Source: a virus
Reading direction: 5' to 3' (one strand)
DNA: 41,344 nucleotides
Virus record (IMG/VR): IMGVR_UViG_3300022538_000145
Span: 1-41,344 of that record
The notes under the pieces were generated by a model. The model was not told the origin of the DNA, searched no databases, and was given only the letters and a program-made list of their open reading frames with translations. Positions 22,441-31,631 of this stretch are shown here, piece after piece. Both the position numbers and the translations under genes were made by a program. How positions within the stretch are numbered: position 1 is the first letter of the stretch; the number at the start of each line of letters is the position of its first letter.

Positions 22441-22641
22441 TTAACTTCTCCTTTGAATGATACTTTTCTTCTGGTTGCAGTTAGCACATAAAACCTGATA
22501 ACCGCTTGGGTAATTATGTTTTCTAAGCCACCAAACTAAGTTCGAAGCTTCCTTTTTATTTTTTCTGAGTGCACCGCCACCGCCGTTGATATGGTCCATA
22601 CAAAGCACGTCAATATCATCTATGCCACATCTTACACAAAT
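22441..22641 (-). CDS. Small HNH endonuclease-like ORF with no ATG/GTG/TTG start upstream of its Cys motif. It either uses an ATT start or is decaying.
   Basis: Hand translation gives (ATT)CVRCGIDDIDVLCMDHINGGGGALRKNKKEASNLVWWLRKHNYPSGYQVLCANCNQKKSIIQRRS. A GGGAG lies 7 nt upstream of the ATT. The frame is closed by a TAA at 22659-22657. Confidence 0.5.
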   Translation of the reverse strand: MCVRCGIDDIDVLCMDHINGGGGALRKNKKEASNLVWWLRKHNYPSGYQVLCANCNQKKSIIQRRS

Positions 22642-22689
22642 AGGCTTACTCCCGCTTTATTGATATATTATTTAAGGGTACTCCTTTAG

Positions 22690-23655
22690 TTATATATCCC
22701 AGCCAGCGTCAGCAAATGTAGCTCTAGTCTTCATCTGAGCTGTGGTTTTGCCGGTCCCACCGCCAGGGCTATTAGCCTCACTGGAACTTTCTGTATCCCA
22801 AAAGCAGTCAGTTACATTGCCAGTATTTGACCTGAGAAAACCGCCCTCGTTTGGTGGAGAACTGCCGGAAGCGGTAACTGTGCCAGTCGAGTAGCAGTTA
22901 TCCATCGTGCCATCGTTGCTCTCAGCGAAACCACCTACCCAATATGCTGCGACATTCCCTCTGGCGTAGCAGTCTCGTGTAATCGTAGTCACGGATACAG
23001 ATACCTGGCTACCGATGCAACCGCCGGCCCTATCAAACGTATCTGTTCCACCGGTAACATTTCCGGTAGCCCAACTCTGAGTCATAAAGCAACCCTGGAC
23101 GGCTACCAATCCCCCAGCGTAAGAGCCTGTGCTGCTAACTGTGCAACTGGATGAACACTGATGAATATATCCGCCCAAGTCAGGGTCACTAGCATAGGAT
23201 TGGTTGTCAACTACAAGACCAGCGGCTCCATACGAACCAGTCCCAGTGATACTCCCCGAACTGTGGACATTCACTATATTAGGAACATTACCGTTAACTC
23301 CACCATAGTTGTTATCGCAGAGGGCAGCCACATCTTTTCCAGTTATATCCACATCGGCAAGGGTAAGATTTCTAACAGAAACGTCAGTGACAGTACCACT
23401 TATCTCATCAAAAAGCCCACCATCTTTAGTAGATTTGTTAATGAACAAGCCGGTAATCGTGTATCCCTTGCCATCAAGTCTCCCTTCAAAGGAACTTATC
23501 GGAACAAATCCCTCGCCACTATTCCAGCCGGAAGTAGCAGACGCATCAATGTCTCCACTTAGCTCATAGTAAGCCGTTAGGTCATCTTCAATAGCCTGAA
23601 GGTCGTCAACGTCTGATATGATGTAGGGATCACCTGATGTTCCGCTTCCTGTCAT
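22690..23655 (-). CDS. GLUG-motif repeat protein; likely tail fibre or adhesin.
   Basis: The N-terminus reads GSGTSGDPYIISDVDDLQAI. GG(L/F)-type GLUG repeats occur repeatedly (GGLFDEISG, AAGLVVDN, AGGLVAVQG, VGGFAESNDG, EGGFLRSNTG). The C-terminus reads CFWDTESS...GGGTGKTTAQMKT. Confidence 0.7.
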   Translation of the reverse strand: MTGSGTSGDPYIISDVDDLQAIEDDLTAYYELSGDIDASATSGWNSGEGFVPISSFEGRLDGKGYTITGLFINKSTKDGGLFDEISGTVTDVSVRNLTLADVDITGKDVAALCDNNYGGVNGNVPNIVNVHSSGSITGTGSYGAAGLVVDNQSYASDPDLGGYIHQCSSSCTVSSTGSYAGGLVAVQGCFMTQSWATGNVTGGTDTFDRAGGCIGSQVSVSVTTITRDCYARGNVAAYWVGGFAESNDGTMDNCYSTGTVTASGSSPPNEGGFLRSNTGNVTDCFWDTESSSEANSPGGGTGKTTAQMKTRATFADAGWDI

Positions 23656-23663
23656 TTTTCCTC

Positions 23664-24026
23664 TTATGAAGCTGGCGGTATATCTAATAGGTAAGGATAG
23701 CCTTCATTTAGACTACAAATGCACCAGACACCACCACAAACAACGGCACTCAAGGTACGCTCATTGCCATCCTCATCCCCATAATAGAGCTCTTCATCGT
23801 GAACCTTCGTATCGCCAAAAGCTCTACTCTCACCAGTAAGCGTTCCTTCTTTCCTCCGCTCAGCTCCGTCATCATCCACCCAATAGAGGTAAGTTCCCTT
23901 AACCTTGAAGTTCCAGCCTGTAGGAGTCTCACCGGTAGTATCGCCGGTTATCAACTGCTCGGCTGAGTCGTCGTGTGCCAGGAAACTGACTTGCTCACCC
24001 TTTACCTTGAGAGCCCGGACTGTCAT
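23664..24026 (-). CDS. Hypothetical virion-module protein.
   Basis: 120-aa ORF that shares one base with the upstream stop codon. Confidence 0.5.
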   Translation of the reverse strand: MTVRALKVKGEQVSFLAHDDSAEQLITGDTTGETPTGWNFKVKGTYLYWVDDDGAERRKEGTLTGESRAFGDTKVHDEELYYGDEDGNERTLSAVVCGGVWCICSLNEGYPYLLDIPPAS

Positions 24027-25870
24027 TAAGCCGCCTCAGAGGGTATCAGTAGTTGCTGTGAAATAGTAGCTTTCCGGAAGTAGGCGTCTTCGTAGAGAGC
24101 TAAGAGGATATCGTTGAGGTCATCGATATCCACCTTGCCCTCGAGGATATCGAGTATCTGCTCTATCCACGAATAAGCATTATCGATGAGTGGTAGGAGA
24201 TTTTCCACCGTTAGGCGTTGCTCACTTCCTGTCTCGGGCCCATATCCTGTAAGGCTACCTATGCCAAGAGGGGGCCGGCCAAAGCCCAGGTTCATTGAGA
24301 ACTGGCCTGGCTTGTAGAATATAGTAATGAAGCCGATATTACCGGCCCGGCTGTCGCCGGCTCGGGCATCGACGAAGTTTACGTAGTCATACTCTTCCTG
24401 TGCAAAGTTCACAAAGGGAACTACTGCAGACCCTTTGCTGGCCACCATCTGAGATTTAGACAGGAAGGCGGTAGCCAGGTTCGTACACTGTGCATCACTG
24501 GTGGCTCGGACGTAAAAAGTCTTTATCTCCCTCATATCGGTCAGGTCAGCACTATCATCCTTTGCGAAGCCGGTAAAGCTGTCCGAATGAGAAGGATGGT
24601 TCTTGACTGTAATATAGTTCGGGGATACTATCCTTCTGCGGAAGCGCTTGCTGAAGAAGTTGTGAAAGTCTCGGCCCTGTTCCAAGCTGTAGCTATAGTC
24701 AAAAGTAGTACCTGATGTAGTGGGAACGAAGATGTGAATCAGGCCATCACTTCCGGCCCGGGCAACGCAGTCTGAGTACCGCAGGACTTCTTTTACCTTC
24801 TGCAGTCTGTTATCATTCAGATTAATCCTGATACTGTCTGCCGGGATGAAGGAATCTAGCAGGTCATCCTCACTATCGAAGACAAGACCGTAAGGTGGGT
24901 AGTTATTCCAAACTGTTAAAGGAGTCGCACTGTAGGTATATCGGTAGACGGCATCATAGCTACCCTCATCCGTCCAATCACCCTGATAAATATGAGATAG
25001 GTGCTCTGAAGCTAATACACTACTGGAATTATAGGCAACATCCACATAATTAGAGGCATCACCGTCCTGGAATTGAGCGACGATTCTTACCTCACCGCTT
25101 TCCCTATAAACAGGAGAGTCGATTGTGACCTCAACCCAGGCATAATCTTCTGTCAGGCTGTTAGCATCACCCCATTCCTTTAATGCCAGTAAGTCTCCGC
25201 CCACCAGTGGATCATCAGGGTCAACAGTATAAAAGCCGATTTTTACCGGACCGCTCGGAGTACCAACCTTCTTTAGCTTTAAGGCCAGCTTGGTTACAGT
25301 ACGATCAGTTATCGTCAGCCTTTGGCCAGCGAAATAACGAAGCCCCTCACGCAAAGACATATCACTATCTGACGTAGCCTGTTCAACGGTACTCTCCGAG
25401 TCTGGGTTAGTCAGGCTGATAATCTCAATGAGCCAGTCTTTAATCGTTCTGGAATCACCGCTCTCAACAGTGTAGGAAGCCTCAGCCGTATGCTTCCCCA
25501 TGCGGTCAAAGATACCCTCGAGTTCCAGACCACATTCCAGCCGATCCCGGTAAGAATCCCTGTCCTGGCCTACTACCCAAAGGGGAGCTGTCGGCATCCA
25601 TTCGGCGCCGGCCTTAGTAATCAGGCCGTAACTCATAACGACCTTGAAGCCATCGAGGTCTATGCTATGCAGTGCCTTATCAGTGTCGTCCAGCATCAAA
25701 GCAACCTTATGGCTGAAGGGCTGCCTGGAATGGGTTATCTGCTTTATCTTAGTAGTCGTGTAGGTGTAGGTAGTGCTGCCATAGGTGAGAACACACCGGA
25801 TAAGCAGATTCTTGGCTGGTATAGAACTGGCTCTCTGGCCGATTAAAAGTGATGGAGATATGTCTAGCAT
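24026..25870 (-). CDS. Large structural protein of the tail or baseplate region; function unknown.
   Basis: 614-aa ORF inside the tail gene block, with an ATGA-type overlap upstream. Confidence 0.45.
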   Translation of the reverse strand: MLDISPSLLIGQRASSIPAKNLLIRCVLTYGSTTYTYTTTKIKQITHSRQPFSHKVALMLDDTDKALHSIDLDGFKVVMSYGLITKAGAEWMPTAPLWVVGQDRDSYRDRLECGLELEGIFDRMGKHTAEASYTVESGDSRTIKDWLIEIISLTNPDSESTVEQATSDSDMSLREGLRYFAGQRLTITDRTVTKLALKLKKVGTPSGPVKIGFYTVDPDDPLVGGDLLALKEWGDANSLTEDYAWVEVTIDSPVYRESGEVRIVAQFQDGDASNYVDVAYNSSSVLASEHLSHIYQGDWTDEGSYDAVYRYTYSATPLTVWNNYPPYGLVFDSEDDLLDSFIPADSIRINLNDNRLQKVKEVLRYSDCVARAGSDGLIHIFVPTTSGTTFDYSYSLEQGRDFHNFFSKRFRRRIVSPNYITVKNHPSHSDSFTGFAKDDSADLTDMREIKTFYVRATSDAQCTNLATAFLSKSQMVASKGSAVVPFVNFAQEEYDYVNFVDARAGDSRAGNIGFITIFYKPGQFSMNLGFGRPPLGIGSLTGYGPETGSEQRLTVENLLPLIDNAYSWIEQILDILEGKVDIDDLNDILLALYEDAYFRKATISQQLLIPSEAA

Positions 25871-26178
25871 TACTCGTTAATTCCTTTTCTGACTTTGAAG
25901 TGTCCATGAGCAAAGGTGTGGTAGGAACCATCCAGGATATCGCACTCTACCTGATAGTTGCCCACTTCAACGCTGGTGGTGGTGGTGTAGAAGTGCTCGT
26001 AGATGCCAGTAGCAGTCTTCGTCATGCCCACTTCGTCAATTACTACTGTACCGATAGGGTCCTTTATGCTGATAGACACGCTCGTAGCATCGACGAGAGC
26101 TTGGTCATCATCGTAGACGTAAACTATTGTACGAATCGTCCCCTTTCTTATGAACTCCGAAACAACAAGTATAGCCAT
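25870..26178 (-). CDS. Hypothetical structural-module protein.
   Basis: 102 aa, beta-rich in composition. The SD is AGGAGG. Confidence 0.5.
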   Translation of the reverse strand: MAILVVSEFIRKGTIRTIVYVYDDDQALVDATSVSISIKDPIGTVVIDEVGMTKTATGIYEHFYTTTTSVEVGNYQVECDILDGSYHTFAHGHFKVRKGINE

Positions 26179-26181
26179 TTG

Positions 26182-26379
26182 CTATCCTCCTGTAGTTTTG
26201 ATATTTGTCCGGCGTTTCTGAGCGGTAATCACGTTGGCCCGGCGGTTTTGACCGGTAATAACCCTGCTTACCCGGTAGCCAGCCGTGATGACATAGGCTC
26301 TCACGTTGCGACCGAACGCTGGCCAGGTATCCCATAGGGACCACTTCTGGTCATAGTACATCTGATCGAAGAGTGGCAT
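26182..26379 (-). CDS. Small basic protein with tandem 10-aa repeats.
   Basis: The repeats are RAYVITAGYR, VSRVITGQNR, RANVITAQKR and a degenerate RTNIKTTGG. The SD is GCGAGG. The ORF fills the gap between its neighbours. Confidence 0.45.
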   Translation of the reverse strand: MPLFDQMYYDQKWSLWDTWPAFGRNVRAYVITAGYRVSRVITGQNRRANVITAQKRRTNIKTTGG

Positions 26380-26400
26380 TAGTGCAACCTCGCTTCTCGC

Positions 26401-26850
26401 TTACTTCTCTTCAGGGCGTGACTCTGCTGACTTTTCTGCTGGCGGAGCATCCTTTCCCTCTTTGCTTTCCTTCTTTCCGCCTGATTCATGTGGCTTGATA
26501 AATCCTTCCTTGATGAATTCATTTACAATACTCCCATTCACCCTGAATATCCGGGGGCAGATTTGATATCCTTCCCTGTCAACAACCTCGAGCTTTCTCT
26601 TCAGCCAATCATAGACGCCCTCACCGATTACTATCTCATCCTTGCCTTCGGCTTCGTCGATAGCGTCGGCTAATCTACCACCCTGAATAGAGTCGTCCAT
26701 CGTCTTCAACTCTACGATATTGAGGATAGCCAGAAAGACGTGACGGGTTTCCGTTGACAGTTCACCGGCGAGTGAAATGGGAATCTTGAGAAGATCCTTT
26801 TTGTTTCTGGACATTACTCCCTTATTCTGATAGTGATAATTCTTTGCCAT
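26401..26850 (-). CDS. Hypothetical protein.
   Basis: 149-aa ORF with a Lys/Glu-rich C-terminal tail. Confidence 0.55.
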   Translation of the reverse strand: MAKNYHYQNKGVMSRNKKDLLKIPISLAGELSTETRHVFLAILNIVELKTMDDSIQGGRLADAIDEAEGKDEIVIGEGVYDWLKRKLEVVDREGYQICPRIFRVNGSIVNEFIKEGFIKPHESGGKKESKEGKDAPPAEKSAESRPEEK

Positions 26851-26882
26851 TAAACTCTCCTATTATTTATTACCAGGCCGAC

Positions 26883-27179
26883 TTATTCCGGCTCCGGTTC
26901 CAGTGCTTGAGTTGCATTACCATCAGCATCAAGCAGCGAATCTTCCGGTGCTATTTCCTCATGAGCCTCGGCTTGCTTTATGCCTTCCTCTAGGAAGTCC
27001 TTGACAATGTTCTGGACTTCTTGATTCCGCTCAAGGGGCAGACCCTTCCTTTGCAAATCTCCATGCTCACAGGCCATTCCGTAGTGGATGCTCACATCTT
27101 CAATGTGATAATTGGTATCACCCTCCTCAAAGTGGATAATTGCCTTGACCTCAATCGGGTTCTTGATTTTCTTTGGCAT
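26883..27179 (-). CDS. Hypothetical acidic protein.
   Basis: 98-aa ORF with an AAAGGAGGGA SD. Confidence 0.55.
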   Translation of the reverse strand: MPKKIKNPIEVKAIIHFEEGDTNYHIEDVSIHYGMACEHGDLQRKGLPLERNQEVQNIVKDFLEEGIKQAEAHEEIAPEDSLLDADGNATQALEPEPE

Positions 27180-27203
27180 AGCATCCCTCCTTTTTGTAAT
27201 ATT

Positions 27204-30059
27204 TTATGCCAATCTAGCCAATCTAAAATCCATTAAATTTATTGTAAGGTCATTAGTTCCATCGCTTTGATGAGTAAACCAAATTCTGTCAGCAACGGAA
27301 ATAGCAACGTGGGCACCTCCTGATATTGAACCAACATCATTATTGGCAAATTTCCTCTTAGATGCCCCTTTAGTTATGATAGTGGTATTTACCATTGGGC
27401 AGAACAGGACTATTGAGCCAGCTCCACCGCCTTCTGATACCGAGCTATTCCAAGATATATCATACTCTCCAGTCGTGCCAGTACCAGCTAATAGGTAGTC
27501 GCCCATCTCGAAATCAGAAGCTCCAGCATCAGCGTTCCAAGTATCCGTAAAGTAAAAAGTATCATCGTCAACTCTGGTAATTTGGTGTATACCATTATAG
27601 TTATTGGGAGCGGTAGTTCCTCGGATTGTTATGATGTCATTTGTTACCAATCCATGACCAACACAAGTAGCTAGGATTGTACCAGCCACCGTCCCCGAAT
27701 AGTCGGCATAGGCTGTGATTGCCCCTGTAATACCGGCAACAAAAGAGAAGTCCTGAACGTCACCTGTGCTGAATCCAGTGAAAGCATGAGGCGTATCGGC
27801 CGTTTCTATAGTGGCTGTCTGGTTTGAAACGACAATCATTTCCCCGGTGTCAGCATCAAATACAGCAAGTTGCTTATCGTTGCCTTCATCATCGGTGAAG
27901 TAAGGATTGTTGGGAGTATCATTCTTTACCCAAAACTGCCCTTCACCAGCTACGTCAGCAGGAGCAGAGGCTTGTTCTCTTAACTTCAAAGTAATTGTGG
28001 CTACGTTGAGATCTGTCCATAAAGCCCCAGCACCAGAGAGGCTTAAAGCCTCATTCAGTCCAGCATTGTCAGCGATAAACCATTTCAGTATCCCTTCATA
28101 GGTAGCATTTGTGGGGTCGGCAATCAGGACACGCATGATGCCATATTCAGTCGTGGCTCCGGTTGATGTTCTCCCTGCACACTCCCAGATGGCAGCCTCA
28201 TCGTTGATTGCTGGCGACGCCGAAATGTGTTCTGTCCTAAGTTTGGCTCCCGGCACACCACCGCTGGTTGAGCGAATAAAAATGCCACCACTTCCTGCGG
28301 TAGTAGCGAAAACAATCGAGGCGGCACCCATATCAAATGTTCCAACAACGGTCGGTGAGGTTATTGTAACACCATTAATAGTTCCACCATTGATATCGAA
28401 GTTGCTACCCTCAATCTCATGTGCAGCACCAGTCAGTTTACCAGCAAGGGTAAGTGTGCCATAGAGAGTAACATTACCACTGGTATCTACTTTCAGCCTA
28501 TCTCCAGAAGCACCAGTGTTAGTCGTTTTCAGAAAAAAGTCTTTAGTTGCTGGATACCAAAGAACAGCGTTACCTACGCCATCTTCAACTTGTAAACCGC
28601 AGCTTACAACAGTTTCAGTTACACTACCAACTGCTAAACCTCGGCTTATAACAAGGTAAGTTCCATCATCCGCCAGAGTTGTGTCATTCTGAAAGATAAT
28701 ATCGTAGGTGAAAGGAGCAAGACCGCCACCCATATTCAGACCGGCAATCTCAATGGCAGCATCCATCGTCCGACCATTACCACCTACTGCCTCATTCCTT
28801 ATCAGTAAACCAATATCCTCAGTGGTTATAGTCTCATCGCTTCTAGTCTGCATATTGAGCAGTATGCCGTAGAGATTGGCAGCGTTCAGACCTGACCCCT
28901 GACTAATCTGGACTGTAAGACCCCTCACATCACCTGAGACTGTTGCTCCGCCGGCTGAGTAGTCAGCGTGGATTAAAGCTCCCTCGAGTTGGGCTGCATA
29001 TTTACCAGCTCCGCTTTTAGCCTCAAGGTAAGCACCCCTGACGTTAGCCCCTGCACTCGTAGCATTGCCAGTTACCCTAGACCGAATACCAGTTAGGTCT
29101 CCACTGATAACTCTAGAACCTAGCGTAATCCAGATGGAGTTGGTAGCCATTGTCTCAAGCGGAGTGTTGATGTAGATAGCCTGCTCATTAGTATTGAGAA
29201 TATCTGTTCCGCTTATCCGAATATGATAGTTCGCAGCAGCCGAAGGAGTCATATCAAGTGTTCCATCAAGGAAGGTAGTGCCAGTAACCTCAAGGTCGCC
29301 AGTAACCATCAAATCATCTTCTGAATTAAGGGAGTGCTGGGTAGTCTGAGCATCGCCAACCCTGATATAATCCCCCGAGACTCCAAGCAGTGTAGTCTTC
29401 GTTGCATCGTTAGAAATGTCCAGGACTTTTACGCCAGCGATGTAAATATCGACGGACCGCCCTGAAGCAGCCATAATAGCCGTATCTCCGGTCGAACCAT
29501 CAGCCCACAAGACCATCTGAGAGTGACCGCCCTTGTTCACATACATAGCGATATCGCCAGAGGCAGTCACATTCGCAATCATTAAGGAGTCAGCAGCTAT
29601 AGCCTGAGTTACAGGAGTGCCAACGAGAACACCAGCCAAAACGGTATTAGCACCTAGTATTGTGCTCCGATTGAGCATTGTAATATCACTATCCGTCCCC
29701 AGATGGACGTGCTTATCGTCAGCCAGTAATACCTCACCACCGATAACCGTTGCTTCAATGGTATTGACGGCTGTATTCAAGTCGGTCACGGACTTCGCCG
29801 TTATATTCAGGGCAATGTAAGCCTTATTCGGATGAGCAGCCGCAGACGTGCTCTGCTGGGCCCTCACGACCGTCAAGGTATCAGTAGACCGGTTGGTAAC
29901 CGATACTATCTCATCCTCAACCGTCAGGTGGAAAGGGTAGGTTGAAGGTAAGTTAGCACCTTCGCCAGCCGTTACTGTGAACGTGGTCGTGCTGTCATTG
30001 ACGGCAGCCGCCAGTTTGCTAAAAGCCCTGTTCTTCGGGACTAAAAATGTAGTAGCCAT
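27204..30059 (-). CDS. Tailspike or tail fibre protein (beta-helix-like repeats).
   Basis: 951 aa, rich in Gly, Thr, Ala and Asn, with repetitive strands such as VLAGVLVG and IAMYVNKGG. The N-terminal module is shared with the 30194..31033 product. The SD is AAGGGAG. Confidence 0.6.
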   Translation of the reverse strand: MATTFLVPKNRAFSKLAAAVNDSTTTFTVTAGEGANLPSTYPFHLTVEDEIVSVTNRSTDTLTVVRAQQSTSAAAHPNKAYIALNITAKSVTDLNTAVNTIEATVIGGEVLLADDKHVHLGTDSDITMLNRSTILGANTVLAGVLVGTPVTQAIAADSLMIANVTASGDIAMYVNKGGHSQMVLWADGSTGDTAIMAASGRSVDIYIAGVKVLDISNDATKTTLLGVSGDYIRVGDAQTTQHSLNSEDDLMVTGDLEVTGTTFLDGTLDMTPSAAANYHIRISGTDILNTNEQAIYINTPLETMATNSIWITLGSRVISGDLTGIRSRVTGNATSAGANVRGAYLEAKSGAGKYAAQLEGALIHADYSAGGATVSGDVRGLTVQISQGSGLNAANLYGILLNMQTRSDETITTEDIGLLIRNEAVGGNGRTMDAAIEIAGLNMGGGLAPFTYDIIFQNDTTLADDGTYLVISRGLAVGSVTETVVSCGLQVEDGVGNAVLWYPATKDFFLKTTNTGASGDRLKVDTSGNVTLYGTLTLAGKLTGAAHEIEGSNFDINGGTINGVTITSPTVVGTFDMGAASIVFATTAGSGGIFIRSTSGGVPGAKLRTEHISASPAINDEAAIWECAGRTSTGATTEYGIMRVLIADPTNATYEGILKWFIADNAGLNEALSLSGAGALWTDLNVATITLKLREQASAPADVAGEGQFWVKNDTPNNPYFTDDEGNDKQLAVFDADTGEMIVVSNQTATIETADTPHAFTGFSTGDVQDFSFVAGITGAITAYADYSGTVAGTILATCVGHGLVTNDIITIRGTTAPNNYNGIHQITRVDDDTFYFTDTWNADAGASDFEMGDYLLAGTGTTGEYDISWNSSVSEGGGAGSIVLFCPMVNTTIITKGASKRKFANNDVGSISGGAHVAISVADRIWFTHQSDGTNDLTINLMDFRLARLA

Positions 30060-30193
30060 AGTTCTTCTCCCTTAACCAAAGAGCAAATCACTCGGCTTCT
30101 TTCGCCATCTGTTCCATTTGAGAGGGTGTCTTATATTTCGGAAGAGGAAATAAATACTCCAACCAAGTTTTCTCATCTAAGGGATACCTCTCC

Positions 30194-31033
30194 TTAATCT
30201 TTGGTCAATGCCTCGTAATTGTCTTCCAGAGTATTATGCTTGAGTGCTAACTGATAAAGACTAAGTTGCTCTCTTCCCCAAGTTACCATTCGAGGACCGA
30301 CATTGACGCCGCCCACATTGAGAGCGTTGAGCTGCTCCCGGCCCTTGTTCATTGCGGCTACGGCAGCTACTCCCTGAATCAATACTGTATCGTGGATTGC
30401 TTCCAGGGTCGAAGTGTTATCTGTTAGAGTATGTTTCTTCCGGCAGTACAGGTGGACAGGCTCACCATCGCTGGGCAGGATATTGATAACCAGCGTCATT
30501 GTCTTGGCAAATACAGTGGCGTTCCGGAACTGCTTGATGTTCCGGCCTACCCGATATTCCACCGGCTTGTTTCTCCGGAGTTCCAGCAGGCCGCTTATGT
30601 TGGTTATATCAATCTCTTTTGAGTTAGAGGTCGTAACAATCGTAAGACCAACATCTTTGCCTACAGTATGGATAGCGGCAGTGGTTTCCAGTTGGGCCCG
30701 GGTTACAGTAAAGTTGTCCGCAGATGCCAGGGCAGTTACAGACAGTACCTCACTATCAATCGTGATAAAGAATGGATAATCAGTCGGGAAGTCATCGTCT
30801 GAAGCTGCCACCAGTGTAGTAGCTGAGGCGGATAGCTCCGTAGCCACTGTGCTGAGAGCATCGAAGGCAGTAACCTTAGCCTCGTATGGCATCTTCAGTT
30901 CGATTTCATCCAGCTTTATCCGGATGAGGCGGTCGAGTTCATCGTCTTCCCACTCCAGATCAACGCCTTCCACGAATTCATCACGCAGAATATCACGCAC
31001 AGAATCCCTTATGTCGGATAATTTTCTTCCCAT
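30194..31033 (-). CDS. Structural protein sharing an N-proximal module with the tailspike; possibly an adaptor or tail protein.
   Basis: FPTDYPFFITIDSEVLSVT...FTVTRAQLETTAAIH aligns with LPSTYPFHLTVEDEIVSVT...LTVVRAQQSTSAAAH in the 951-aa protein. Confidence 0.5.
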   Translation of the reverse strand: MGRKLSDIRDSVRDILRDEFVEGVDLEWEDDELDRLIRIKLDEIELKMPYEAKVTAFDALSTVATELSASATTLVAASDDDFPTDYPFFITIDSEVLSVTALASADNFTVTRAQLETTAAIHTVGKDVGLTIVTTSNSKEIDITNISGLLELRRNKPVEYRVGRNIKQFRNATVFAKTMTLVINILPSDGEPVHLYCRKKHTLTDNTSTLEAIHDTVLIQGVAAVAAMNKGREQLNALNVGGVNVGPRMVTWGREQLSLYQLALKHNTLEDNYEALTKD

Positions 31034-31043
31034 GTTCAGCTCC

Positions 31044-31424
31044 TTACGGTGTTCGGTTAAAGCCCCTCACCTCGATTGACCTGTCTGCGCTCTGATTCGC
31101 CCCAGCTTTAATCCGGATAAACTGGTAACCGCCGATCCAGAATGTCACCGACTTAGCCGTTGTGCCGGCAGATGTAGCGTGAAGGAAAGAACCGGTTGCA
31201 TCAGCATCGAGAGTGTGGACAGGGACCGGTACTTCGTCTACGCCTTCACCTTCCTGGACAACAGGGTTGATGGTGGCACTGGTCAGAGCAGGAAGCCGAA
31301 CAGTCAGGAACTCGTAGTTCTCTTTCAAGTCAACAAGCTCTGAATACTGGTCAACGTCATCCCCTGTGAATTCGGTATCCCGGTCAATATCGATGAGTGC
31401 TGTCTTCCAAGCAGATACTTTCAT
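31044..31424 (-). CDS. Hypothetical structural-module protein.
   Basis: 126-aa ORF with a GGAGGT SD. Confidence 0.5.
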   Translation of the reverse strand: MKVSAWKTALIDIDRDTEFTGDDVDQYSELVDLKENYEFLTVRLPALTSATINPVVQEGEGVDEVPVPVHTLDADATGSFLHATSAGTTAKSVTFWIGGYQFIRIKAGANQSADRSIEVRGFNRTP

Positions 31425-31439
31425 AATAACCTCCGGTGT

Positions 31440-31619
31440 TTAGTTACCTCTCGGTATCTTCCGCCCCCAGGCTGACTCAGCCATACCATAAGCCTGCCCT
31501 GATGCCTCTTTGGGAGTCTTGCCTTCACTGTGGATGAGGAAGTCTATAGTACGGCTTATTTTACCTCGGACGGTTTCGAGTGAGTCATCTTTTCTGATTG
31601 AGTCTACTGCTAGAGGCAT
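31440..31619 (-). CDS. Small protein (59 aa); not in the track.
   Basis: Hand-translated as MPLAVDSIRKDDSLETVRGKISRTIDFLIHSEGKTPKEASGQAYGMAESAWGRKIPRGN. A GGAGGT SD lies 5 nt upstream. Confidence 0.5.
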   Translation of the reverse strand: MPLAVDSIRKDDSLETVRGKISRTIDFLIHSEGKTPKEASGQAYGMAESAWGRKIPRGN

Positions 31620-31631
31620 TACTTACCTCCA

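Noticed and set aside
22440-22487. A 16-codon N-terminal extension of the holin-like ORF (the track starts it at GTG 22487).
   Set aside because: The extension overlaps the HNH-like frame. ATG 22439 has a strong AAAGGAGAAG SD at proper spacing.
26108-26344. An alternative 78-aa ORF overlapping the repeat-containing 65-aa ORF.
   Set aside because: It has no SD, it starts inside the neighbouring ORF, and it leaves gaps. The 65-aa frame has an SD and exactly fills the intergenic space.
30072-30176. A 34-aa basic ORF in the gap between the 279-aa gene and the tailspike gene.
   Set aside because: The candidate SD is too far (about 11 nt) from the ATG, the peptide has no features, and there is no overlap coupling. 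The evidence is insufficient to call it.
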